DNA of 63,902 bases, the filler included, from Octopus bimaculoides (lineage: Eukaryota), in NCBI RefSeq assembly GCF_001194135.2. It is 6 parts of 5 records of this genome, joined end to end, with 100 filler letters (N's around TTAATTAATTAA, not from the genome) between each part and the next. Parts side by side here need not be neighbours in the genome. Positions count along the whole stretch, not along the records: positions 7,315 to 19,805 come from NC_068984.1; positions 19,906 to 28,155 come from NC_068981.1; 4 more parts are not named here. The stretch is one strand, 5' to 3'. A program made the translations under genes and the position numbers. This document shows positions 11,945 to 23,260 of the stretch, piece by piece. Under the pieces are notes generated by a model. It had not been told where the DNA came from. It made no database searches and was given only the letters and a program-made list of their open reading frames with translations. Each line of letters starts with the position of its first letter. Position 1 is the first letter of the stretch.

Positions 11945-13041
11945 TATTCATTATTTACATTCGGCGGATATTTGTCCGCATTGTTCTTGTTGTTAACATA
12001 ACGTTTCGGCTGGTATACCCTTCGAACTTGTGTTCTCATTCCTAAGGTATTTATTGATGTTGTTATTATTATTATTATTATTCAGGTCAGTTCTTGGGAT
12101 CGAACTTAGAACCTGGGGTTAGTAGCCTGCGCTCTTAACCACTACGCCATATGCCCGTGGGCAATTATGGAGTGAATTCTAGGGCTTATAAATCTAATAT
12201 TTTTCTATCCTTCCTTAATACCGGTTCCCATATGCTGCTCATATGTGCACTCGGTCTGCTTAGGAGGTTGTTGCATCTTAGCATATGTGCTGCTTCATTA
12301 AGTTTTCGTATTTTCCACTGGTGTTCTCTGTCTAAGTTAAAATTTAACTTCATCCCACAGGGAGAGGTGGTCTCCATTTTTCCATACATAATCAGCTATA
12401 CTCGATTTATCAATTTCTCCGCGTGCCACATATTTGCGATGTTCGTCTACCCTTATTTTGAGGAGGCAGAATGTTTTGCCTTTGTATAACCTACCACAGC
12501 TTCATGGTATGGAGTACACGCAGTTTTTGGTCATATTCTCTTCTATTGGTGGTTTTACTCGAAGAAGATATTTGCGAAGTGTATTACACTTGAATAATAG
12601 ACAGAGAACACCACTGGAAAATACGAAAACTAAAACAAGCAGCACATATGCTAAGACACAACAACCTCCTAAGCAGACCGAGTGCAGATACAAACAGCAT
12701 ATATAACCGGTATTAAGGAAAGATAGAAATATATTATATTTATAATCCCTAATATTCACTCCATAATTGCCCACGGGAATATGGCGTAATGGTTAAGTGC
12801 ACGGGCTACTAACCCCAAGATTCCAAGTTCGATTCCAAGCAGTGACCTTAATAACAATAACATGGAAAAATACCTTAGGAATGAAAACCCAGGTTCGAAA
12901 TTTCCCCAAGACACCTGAGGACACCTGAAGAATGCTGGCGGGTATATCAGCCGAAACGTTGTGTTAACAACAAACAACATGAGGACAAATATCCGTCGAA
13001 CGTAAATGATGTACATAATTCCTCATTTCTTAAATATAGAA
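11945..13041. mobile_element. Penelope-like element with inverted (head-to-head) duplication of its 3' end
   Basis: Minus-strand GIY-YIG: NCVYSIP*SCGRLYKGKTFCLLKIRVDEHRKYVARGEIDKSSIADYVWKNGDHL...DREHQWKIRKLNEAAHML. Arms ~11945-12335 and ~12598-13012 are inverted copies. CTGAAGA...GAAAC core at 12925-12957. Confidence 0.9.
12775..12848 (+). other. tRNA-like module (A box, B box, ACT anticodon loop) inside the PLE 3' region; inverted copy at ~12085-12160
   Basis: TGGCGTAATGG A box, AGTTCGATTCC B box, anticodon arm cggg-CTACTAA-cccc. Confidence 0.65.
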
Positions 13042-15039
13042 CAATGCAATATATTTTTCTCACATTCACGTACATTTACCCTCTAAAAATTTCCAAACAA
13101 ATGCAAATAATTTTATCATAGATTATGACTGTCAAACACAAAACGGTTCTAATAACTGAAATTTCTCTTCTAGAAATTATCCATGTATGTAAATAAGTTC
13201 TCATTCAAATACTAATTGCTTTTAAATTCAATACGAGCAATCTTAAATTCTTTCCGGAATAACTTCACATTTCATAATTTCCAGGTCATATGAAAAATAC
13301 ATAAATATAACATACAAATGTGCATTTCATTGAATATGGGTACCCTTCAGTTGAATATAATTCATATCTACATTCCATGTCATATTGTCATATTTTGCAT
13401 CTTAAAATTAAGTAACAGCCAGCAACAAACAATTTTCTTATATCGGGAAAATGTAGCACATACATAACATTTATTTCATGAAGAATCATTTCAGTTATTT
13501 GTATTGTACTTGAGCGTGATAGCCAAAATGTCCTCGTTATAGTTTCCTGACAAATGTTTGTATGTAGAGCCTAGTAAAATGATTTATTCTTTTCACACTT
13601 AAATGAAATATTAAACAGGTCTTAGTGCAAGCGACAAATTCATTGCAAGCGAAGTGCATTAGCTGGATATTGTGTATGTCTCTATGTATGAGCGCATTCA
13701 TGTATACAAAAATTATAGGAGTGGTACAGATAAAATTGGTTAATCGCTTTTAAATATATGCCTGCAATCCTTTGACTGAAACAGGTCTAATATTAACACA
13801 CAAATAGCAGCAGGTGTTCGCATTCCAGTTGAAATTGTCTGAAATATATTAAAGTAATATTGTAGCCTTGTAATGATTGATTTTTTTTTACTTCCTCTGT
13901 TAATATATAATCATTATTTTTTATACTTGTAGTTGATAAGCATAGACTGTCTTGACATTTAACAAGATTTTACGTTAAGATTTAACCGTTGATGGCGTAT
14001 GTATAGTATAACAAGTTTTCGTCCATTTTTTGTTGATTCTCCTTCCCACCAGTATGATATTCACGTGTTTCGATTCTTAGTATATATTTAGAGTCTTTGA
14101 TAATAATTAAATTGTTAAGTACTACGAAACTCTCATTTCTTTCCTAGCCAAATGACATTTCATGTAAATGAATACTGTGTGATAAATAGTGTCATAAAAT
14201 ATGATTGTTAACTTGATACACCTTAATAAAACAAGAAAATTATCATCAACAATTTTGTGTTTAGAAATAAGACAGATGCTTTATACTATGTATGTAAAAT
14301 TGTGTAGAGCCTAAGTATATAATGACACTTGAATTCAGGAAAATACCGACACTTTTTAGTATGCCAGGAACCAAGCGATTTTAGTTTTGGATATATTGTC
14401 ATTAATTGACTCAGCTACATTCCTAGATATTTTCCATTAACAAATATGACACTAGTCGTTAATTTCCTTATGTATTTGCGACGACTGTTTGAATAACAAA
14501 TGTCCATAGATTTTTGTTCGATAAAAACAAGAGTCTAGATTTGGAAATACAATTGAATTCTTCCGTTATTGTTCACCGAGAGAATTTATTGTTGATTATT
14601 AGCTAATAATATATCATAATAATATAATCATGACAATATATTGCCATAATTAATGAAAACAACCAAATAATACAATACGAGGAACTCAAAATTATATGAA
14701 ATACAGTTACAAAAGTACGTACACTATACTGCAATGGAGTTCAGACGCGCTCTAATGAAAACGCGATCGACAATTCAAGACATTTTGATGAAAATGTATA
14801 AAAAGACTTTTTGAATATTTTGATTTCCGCCATCACATTAAGTTTATTATCTAAACTTTGCCTTCTGGAAATCTACATGCATGTGTATTTTCATGTCTGT
14901 AGCTTCCGACCATCAGAGAACAAATAAGATCAGTAACACATCGTCGTGAAAATGACCAAGGTTATTCTATGCTGGGAATATGCAGATATTTTTGAAATTA
15001 ACTTTCTACAGAGAATTTGACGCCTATGCAAAGCATTAC

Positions 15040-15057
15040 CGTATCAAGTGGCAGAGA
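15040..15057 (-). CDS. candidate 18-nt microexon (SLPLDT in phase 0)
   Basis: Acceptor gtcctttctaacacag|, donor ACG|gtaatg. Confidence 0.3.
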
Positions 15058-15502
15058 CTGTGTTAGAAAGGACATTGTATGATGAGATGTCATATGATTA
15101 ATTTTGTGTTGTTTCAGGGAAATATGTTATTGCTCCTTCATAAAATGATACACCTTCAGTAATGGGGATGTCTGTGAGACGATTTTTCAGTAAAACTGAA
15201 ATGCTGTGTCGTATACGCAAATGTTTTATTGGAATAAATTTGTTTTGAATAATATTTGACAATTCAACAATATTTACTACTTTTGAAAATTTTTGGCTGT
15301 ACAGCTAACCATCAGGTCCCATTTTATGGAAATAATAATGGAAATGATATAGCCCAAAACCTTTCAATCAACATCACTTTATATAACTAATATATCTCTT
15401 CCTAAATACCCATTTTATTTTTAAATAGTAGGCTCTAATGTAAGTGGCATTCCGCTTATTGTTACTGGAATAATGACACTGTACTCCACCTTTGTGTCTC
15501 AC

Positions 15503-15528
15503 CAAACTAGTATACTTATGAGATTCCT
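15503..15528 (-). CDS. candidate 26-nt microexon (phase 1 to 0, ESHKYTSL)
   Basis: Acceptor tattgcaatttcag|, donor TTG|gtgaga. Confidence 0.3.
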
Positions 15529-16209
15529 CTGAAATTGCAATATATGATGACAGTGGAAGATAAATCCACCTTTAATATAAATATTTTGCAGCTAACACGT
15601 TTCCACAAATTTTCTATTCATTGAGTGGTAATATATTTCTACTTCTGAAATAATAATGTTATAGTTATTGGAAACTTCACGTACATTGTGTAATCGAATT
15701 TAATGAAACTCACCAAACTACTCTGAATAATATTTAGCAAATAATATTTTTGGCTTGCAAGAGGGATAAAGTGCTCTTGTTGGGACAAACATATACATTT
15801 TTGAAAATTTACTAGACAAATATAAATGAGTTCACTGAGTTTCCCCATTACTGTAATCGAATGGATTATAAGAAAGATCTCAGAGTGAAGAATATATTTT
15901 CGTTTCAAAATAGTAGTGGGCTACTAAATTCTTATGTACCTGCTATGATTCTTGCCGCAGTGTCAAGTGATACGAAGTATTAAAATGAAGGTGTTGGGGA
16001 AATTTCACAATATATATCACGCTGTCTGAAATCAAAAGATTATGCATACATTTTCAATTTGTGTCATTCTATTTCTATTTCTAAGCTTCTCATACATTAA
16101 GGTCCCTTTTATTGCTCTTAATATTCCATTCACAAACGGAGCGGTATGTTGAACTGTTTTGAGATTTATTCTATTCTCACGTTTCATTGCTTCCATTGCT
16201 TGAACTTAC

Positions 16210-16228
16210 CCTGCTCTTCAAAGAAATG
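16210..16228 (-). CDS. candidate 19-nt microexon (phase 0 to 1, HFFEEQ)
   Basis: Acceptor tcttatttctaacttag|, donor AGG|gtaagt. Confidence 0.35.
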
Positions 16229-17019
16229 CTAAGTTAGAAATAAGACGAATTTTCTCACAAGTTTTAGCCGCGATATACTTACGCAATTGTATTCCGGAAT
16301 GCATTGCTTGATATCATTGAAGAAATACATAAAAACGTTCTCGATACATTAATATTCTGGGAGGTGTGAAGCCTCTCAGTGAAGTAATAACAAGCCACGC
16401 AGATTGGGGTAACGTTTATCATTCTAATATTGATTAAAATTCTATATCATTCTAATATCAGTAAGACGAACAATTTCGATGGAGGGAGTAACCACAACAT
16501 TCAACTGGTATTTATTTCATCGACACCGGAATTTTAGAAGACAAAATCGACTTCGGTGGAATTTAAACTCAGAGCGTGAGGACAGTCACAATTTTTATTC
16601 TAATTTTGAAGACAGTGACAAGAAATGTCTTCGGATGTAACTTTAACTGAGACAGAATCAGAGACATCAACACCTTAAAAGATTGCTGTGATAAACCCCA
16701 TTCTTTCTCATAATACTATTGCCTGGCAATATGTGTGTCATTCTTATATTTTTGCTAAACTGAATTAGTAGTGTAAATACGCTGTTGCAATTGAAATTTT
16801 CAAAAGTAAATATTAGTTTTCCAATTCAGATAATTTATAGTTCAGATGACCATATTGTTGTTTGACTAAAAAATAAATTTACTACAAATATTAACCGAAT
16901 TTCAATAACAGTGTTATCACGGAGACAAAATGTACACCATTATTCTATAACGTTAATTTACATGCAAATTACTAGTATTTGATCATTCAGAAAAATAACT
17001 TAGTACTCCGAACACATGA

Positions 17020-17560
17020 AAATTTATTGATCTGTAATTATCCATAATTGTCGCTGAAGGAAACCATCCAACCAGTGTTTTGATGCTTTGAAGTCTTCTG
17101 GAAATATACCAAATTGTAGTGCATTTTTAAGGGCAAATATTTGAATATCAGCCCTGCGAACAATCAAGACTCTTGCTCTCCTTTCAGCAACCCATTCATA
17201 AATTACGTCTTCCAACTCAGAAAATAGCGGCTGTCGACCTGATCCACACTAGCGCTTTTTTGCATTTCGCTCGTCCACTTGTTGACTGAGGTTATCGTAG
17301 TCTGATCGCCATTTTCGAACCATTCGGAAATCCAAATTCCTTTCTTTGGAGAAAGCAGTAAGGTTCTAGCCCTGTGATTCATCCACTATTCCTTTTTTTA
17401 AAATAAACGGCTGTTGACCTGATCTACAGTTGCGCTTCTTAGCACTTCCCTCATCAACCTGTCTGCTGAGATTATCATACTTTCTCGTTATTTTCGAATC
17501 ATTCGGACATCCAAATTTTGCATTTAAATTTGGCCAATACTTTTTTGCTATAAAATGAAA
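17020..17560 (-). mobile_element. pogo/Tigger-like transposase N-terminal (CENP-B HTH) remnant with a diverged 180-bp internal duplication
   Basis: RMVRKWRSDYDNL...GSGRQPLFSELEDVIYEWVAERRARVLIVRRADIQIFALK...FKASKHWLDGFLQR; 17221-17337 is repeated at 17401-17517. Confidence 0.8.
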
Positions 17561-18241
17561 AATCTGTTATGCAAAAACCTAGTATTACAGACATATTTTG
17601 TCATCTTTCAACCATCGAATTCTGCAAAATTTCATTCGCCACCTATGATGCTTTAGTTTCCTTTCAATATTTAAAATATTTAACCATCTCAGACACATTA
17701 ACTGTCAAAATAGGTAATAATTTACAAACTGCTAGTTGTGCTCATGAACTAACATTCGATCAGTTTTAATTCACCAGGACATAAAACACATTCATCATAA
17801 TGTTAATTTTCACCTAACAGTTACGGATTTCTCACTTAATAAATATGGAAAGGTGCATTGTAGCTGTCATAGAAGGAAGAATATTGTAATGTCTGGAAGC
17901 GTAAGAATATAATCTCAATAAATATGATATCACTATACATATTTTTATTCTTTTACACTTTGTATGTAGTTTTCCTCAGACATGTAATAGTCATTGTAAT
18001 GTTTATTCTACTATAATAGTTCAGTATACTTGTTCAATAGGAATAAAATCTTCAAATGTTGCTGAAACTAGAAAATCATTCTAAAGCTACTGGCTCTCTA
18101 CTGAAATTTACACTCTAAGCAAGACCATGCAATGCTATATTACCATGTATTCGATATGTCTAATGACAGTTAATATAATTAAAAGAATATATTTTGCATA
18201 ATACTCCACAAATCATCGAAGATGAACCTGATAAACTTTAC

Positions 18242-18310
18242 CAAACTGGTGACCGCATTCTAGAGTTCGGTCACTGGTTTCGGTGTTCCATGTACATCAC
18301 AAGGGGTCGC
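18242..18310 (-). CDS. candidate exon, probably last coding exon (ATPCDVHGTPKPVTEL*), unknown protein
   Basis: Strong acceptor ttttacatttcctcgttcttataccag|, GC-rich relative to flanks, in frame with the 18438-18511 exon across a 127-nt intron; TAG at 18262-18260. Confidence 0.45.
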
Positions 18311-18437
18311 CTGGTATAAGAACGAGGAAATGTAAAATAAATACTTGAATCAATATATGAAGACAGTTGTCACCGGATATACTAGACACTTGCTTGGAAT
18401 AAAAATTTCCCCCATAAAGCTGAACTCGTACACTTAC

Positions 18438-18511
18438 AGCAGTTACGTTGAAACGTTTCATTTCACCATTCCGTACTGGCCTGATGTATATCATGTCTTC
18501 GACACGTTTTC
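18438..18511 (-). CDS. candidate 74-nt exon (xKRVEDMIYIRPVRNGEMKRFNVTA), unknown protein
   Basis: Acceptor ctttcatttcattaag|, strong donor GCT|gtaagt; only one frame is open through to the donor. Confidence 0.45.
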
Positions 18512-18594
18512 CTTAATGAAATGAAAGCTGAAAGTTTTAAGCTTAAAATTATGAGTTTGAGATGGGATTGTAGGTAGAATCAGTCTACTCATAC

Positions 18595-18686
18595 TAATGA
18601 AGATATGCGATAGGATTTCTGATGTGCAGACACGTTCTGAGTTCATTTTGTATGTTTTCAATATGAGAGTGTCAACGTGATGGTAC
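18595..18686 (-). CDS. candidate 92-nt exon (YHHVDTLILKTYKMNSERVCTSEILSHIFI)
   Basis: Acceptor taatacttctgtttag|, donor TTA|gtatga; phase-compatible with the next exon across an 83-nt intron. Confidence 0.25.
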
Positions 18687-19382
18687 CTAAACAGAAGTAT
18701 TAGATTAAATATATCATTTCGAGGAGTCCCTGTACACATATTTAGGCCTAAAACGTATAACACCTGATGGCATTTCCTTTTTGTACTTCAGCATATATGA
18801 ATTTGTCTCTTGCTTTACTATATGTTACACATATATATTACTGTGTGTATGTATTATTGTGATACAAAGTGTTTTGAAACTGTCTTCTATATATATATAT
18901 ATTAATTTGCATATTAATATCTCATATTCTAATACCTGAATTTGGAGAACGTTCTCTACAATGTATCTGCTTAACTTTAATTTTATTTTTTTCTTATATC
19001 AAACTGCTTTCATAAATATTAACCTTGTTGTCCATAATTAATTTTTACCATCTGTGTTATTAACATTATAAATAATGATTTTTTTATGAATAATCCCCAA
19101 AAAAAAAATAATAACCTGGTTAAACAACCACCAGCTTAGGATGAATATGATAATAATGACGATAATGACTTCGGGTGGAAATTTATAGGCTTACTTATGC
19201 TTTATAGAGTTTATAAATTTCATATACTTGAAATAGTTTTCGTGTTATGTCATTCAATATGTAAATAAATAAATGAATAACAAAGATATGGTCCGACTTT
19301 CACACATATAAATGAGAGCATACATGCACACACATACATATATATGTGTGTGTGTGTGCATTTTATATATGTATATGTGTAT

Positions 19383-19435
<53 letters not shown>

Positions 19436-20044
19436 TATACATACACACGCACATATATATATACATACATACATACTTACATACGTACATATAAAGGAAT
19501 CAGGAAACTGATAATTATATTAACGTATAATTGTAAAGTGTCACTTTTGGTCAGGCGCTTGGTGATTATTCTCTGGTATAGATATTTGTATATGTCTTGA
19601 TACAGAGTCCAAGAGAAAGCTGTGTCCAAGTTCCCAAACTGTAGTGAACTCTGTGTGTATTAGCGCCTAAGCTATGTTTTATATCGATGCATATCTGCAT
19701 ATGCGCATTTCTATTTGTCTATCTGTATTTGTACACCTGTATGTGTAAATGTGTGTGTATACCGGTTTGTGTATACGTATGTATATATATATCTATCTAT
19801 ATATANNNNNNNNNNNNNNNNNNNNNNNNNNNNNNNNNNNNNNNNNNNNTTAATTAATTAANNNNNNNNNNNNNNNNNNNNNNNNNNNNNNNNNNNNNNN
19901 NNNNNAATTACTCGAAAGCGTTTATAGGTCTTATATACAGCTCTCCCAAGTGAATTTCCGTAGATACCTTATGTTGTAGCTATTTGGCTGCCATTGAAGG
20001 TGGATTTCATTTTTTTTGGAAATGAATGCGCATTCACAGCATGT

Positions 20045-20400
20045 CTTACCAAGTGCATGAGTGGTTGTATTATCATAGTGCACCTTGGGCAGCTGTCGTC
20101 TACTATAGCCACGGGCCGGCCAAAACCCTGTGAGTGGATTTGGTAGATAGAACCTGAAAGAAGACCGTCGTGTATATATATATATGCGTGTGTGTGTGTA
20201 TGGGTGTGTGTATATGTATGTAGGTGCGTGTGTATCTTTACGTGTGTATGTCTGTGCCTCTCCCCTTGCTATCACTTGCCATCCGATGCTGAAGTGTTTA
20301 TGTCCCCGTGACTTGGCAGTTCGGCGGCCCAAAACCCCCCGCAAGAATGTGTACTAGGCTAAGAAAAGTTCTGGGGTCTATTTCTAAGGCGGAGCGCCAG
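20045..20400 (+). mobile_element. tRNA-derived SINE family C (with internal microsatellite), diverged
   Basis: caccttgggcagctgtcgtctactatagcc...gtgagtggatttggtag matches 56397-56690. Confidence 0.75.
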
Positions 20401-20769
20401 CATATCCACATTGTATATGCATATATATGTACATGTATGTACATACCATCATCTACATGAACATATAGATACATATCTGGATACATGACGTTGCAAAAAA
20501 CATAGGCAAANNNNNNNNNNNNNNNNNNNNNNNNNNNNNNNNNNNNNNNNNNNNNNNNNNNNNNNNNNNNNNNNNNNNNNNNNNNNNNNNNNNNNNNNNN
20601 NNNNNNNNNNNNNNNNNNNNNNNNNNNNNNNNNNNNNNNNNNNNNNNNNNNNNNNNNNNNNNAGAGTTAGGGCAGGACGCATCGTTAAAATGGCTCTTCC
20701 CACGAACACAAATAAATTTTCTTTCGTGGAGGATAGTGGCCGACGGAAAACAAGACAGGAAAACGAAAC

Positions 20770-20805
<36 letters not shown>

Positions 20806-22599
20806 TACACATAATATTGCTATAGATTGAGCTGAATCATTAATCAAATTATAGCGCTAGCCTATGCGGATAAAATGCATAGATATGAAACCACATATAT
20901 ATATTTAACCTTGGATTTAAAGAGTCAACTCATAATGTTTTGCGGGATGATTTTGTAATATTTTAATATATTAGAATGAACCGGAATTAAAAATTTTAAT
21001 TCCTGTATTAGAAAATGAATGACTTTAAATCATAGGCTTAGTTCCAATTACTTCTGATATATTCCTGCAGACTGAATAATGTAGATTTGATCCATTTCCG
21101 GAAATTTTAATATTTTAAAAAGAACTGGGAAATCGGGTGTCATGAAATATACTAAATATATACTGAATGTTACGAAATATAATAAATAACGTGAATTACA
21201 ATTTTGAAAATTATATAGCTTTTAGATACAAATATTTGCTCAGAATATGTTTAATAGTTGTCAAAGTTTAAAAAACTACAAATTGCTAATTATCTATGTT
21301 TGTGATCATGATTCATATCGATAACATTATCTTAGGTGGACTCTGTAAACGGTCAGCTGAAAACCCAGAAATAATCCATTTTTCCGTTCAAAATTTGTAT
21401 GATTTGCCGAAAAGATTATGTTAACATCAATTTGCTGGATCAATTATGAATTGGTTATGCAGGACAGCTCTGAGGGGAATAAGTATTAATAGATCTGATA
21501 CTGGCATGGATGTATTTAGATAAAGATATCGATTTAGAGGAGTTTCGATATTAATGATAAACGAATATATGCCAAAAGGAATATACAGGTGATGAAAAGC
21601 ATTCCAAACGTACAGAATATGAGAATAAGACACGTACGAAATGATGAAGTATATTTCAGTCTAAGGATATCTGTTTGACGACTAAACAAGTAACGTGAAT
21701 GAAAAGTAAATATAAAATTGCAGAATACAGGCAAAGAACTCATAACATATTTCAAATCAGTAAACAAGAATGATTGAAAGCTGACTTTGGCTCAGTTAGA
21801 GAAAAAGAAAGCGAAAAATGAAAAAGTGTGTTTATATAGTAAAATACTCTATAAGCTATCTCTATAATCTTTATATTTTGATATTTGATTACCTCTTTGC
21901 ATATGATAAAATGAAAAATAAGTAAACTCTACAGATATTTTCCAGGTGAAAAACATTTACAAGCATAAAGATTAAAAGTTTGTTTACGATAAAAATATTG
22001 AATTGATATATTGATACATTGTTTCAAGGTATGACGTATTTTTTTCCAATAACATATTTATACTTATTGAGATAAGAACCGACATCTTACATTTATTTAA
22101 GCTATTGAGGAGTGAGTCCACATACACACTCATGTACATACAATCACACACACACGCACACATGCAGAGATATAAGCATAAATAAATACATACATGAACA
22201 GAAATAGCCACATGTACACGAACTCACTTTATCGTATGTACGGTTGGTAGCACGCATATGTGATAGCGAGCCATGTATAAAATATAATATTATGCAATTG
22301 AATGCAATATATGTCACATGTATAAAAGTATATATATATTTGTATTAATTTGATTTTATTTTAATTCAGTCCTTTCTTCCTCTACATAAGGGAATGATTT
22401 CTAACTACAGAACAAGTCTCCACTATTGTGATTTATATAAAAACGAATGAATGAAGTTACACATTGAATTTCAAAATATTCTTGGATACTTTTTGTGCAA
22501 ATTATATTTGAAGAATACGAGTTGCATTGTCGGTTTGCTTCAATCCAAACAGATTTCCCGGAGTTAATCACTTAATGGTATAACCAGTCACAACACTAA

Positions 22600-23260
22600 T
22601 TATGGGATGTGGATATAAGTTTATAATCTGGCTAGAAATATTTTAGATATCGAAGCAGTTGATAAGTTGAAAATACTCGCCTACTTGACTGAGGTATTTA
22701 TCTTATAGATGAAGAGTTTTAAAGAAACACAGAAATATATATGTAGCGAAGAATATAAAGTTAACATCATGTGGAAAATTTTTGTCGAAGCTTAACATCA
22801 GGAAAGGCATATTTCATGGAGGTAGTCTGTCGTCATTCATGTTTGTTATTTGTCGGAAGCCACTCACACATATATTTCGGAAAGTAGAGAAATGTTGAAT
22901 CACCTGTTGTATATGTAGGACTTCATGATCGTCGGTAAGAGTGACCGTTGAATAATGGTTTGATTTCAACAGTGTAGATATTTCATAAGGATGTCGGGAT
23001 GGAATTTGGGATTAGTTTTGTGAGCTTATCATAAAAAAGAGAATTGTTGATTGTCGTTGGTGTCATTGTTAATAACAATTATAATAAATATCGTGGGTGA
23101 GGTTTCAACTTTGGAAATTATGCGGAATTTACAGAATTACAAAGATCGGGAAACAGAATTATTTCCAATGATATTATTGAAAAACGGCAACAATTCTTAC
23201 AATAATAGGTACTTTGAGAATGATGTAAAAATTAGTGATAAGTACATAACCAAAACATAA
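22600..23260 (+). mobile_element. R4/Dong-like reverse transcriptase remnant
   Basis: Decayed motifs IRKGIFHGGSLSSFMFVI (GIFQGDSLSP-like), LNHLLYM*D (YMDD-like) and DVGMEFGI. Confidence 0.7.

Noticed and set aside
12502-12504. In-frame TGA at a Cys position of the PLE GIY-YIG motif (possible selenocysteine, as in some Naiad PLEs)
   Set aside because: The copy is truncated and frameshifted, the motif looks Penelope/Poseidon-type, and no SECIS was recognised; a nonsense mutation is simpler. A family consensus with TGA would reopen this.
18240-18300. Hairpin after GAAAC read as hammerhead stem III
   Set aside because: No intact CUGANGA core or stem II nearby.
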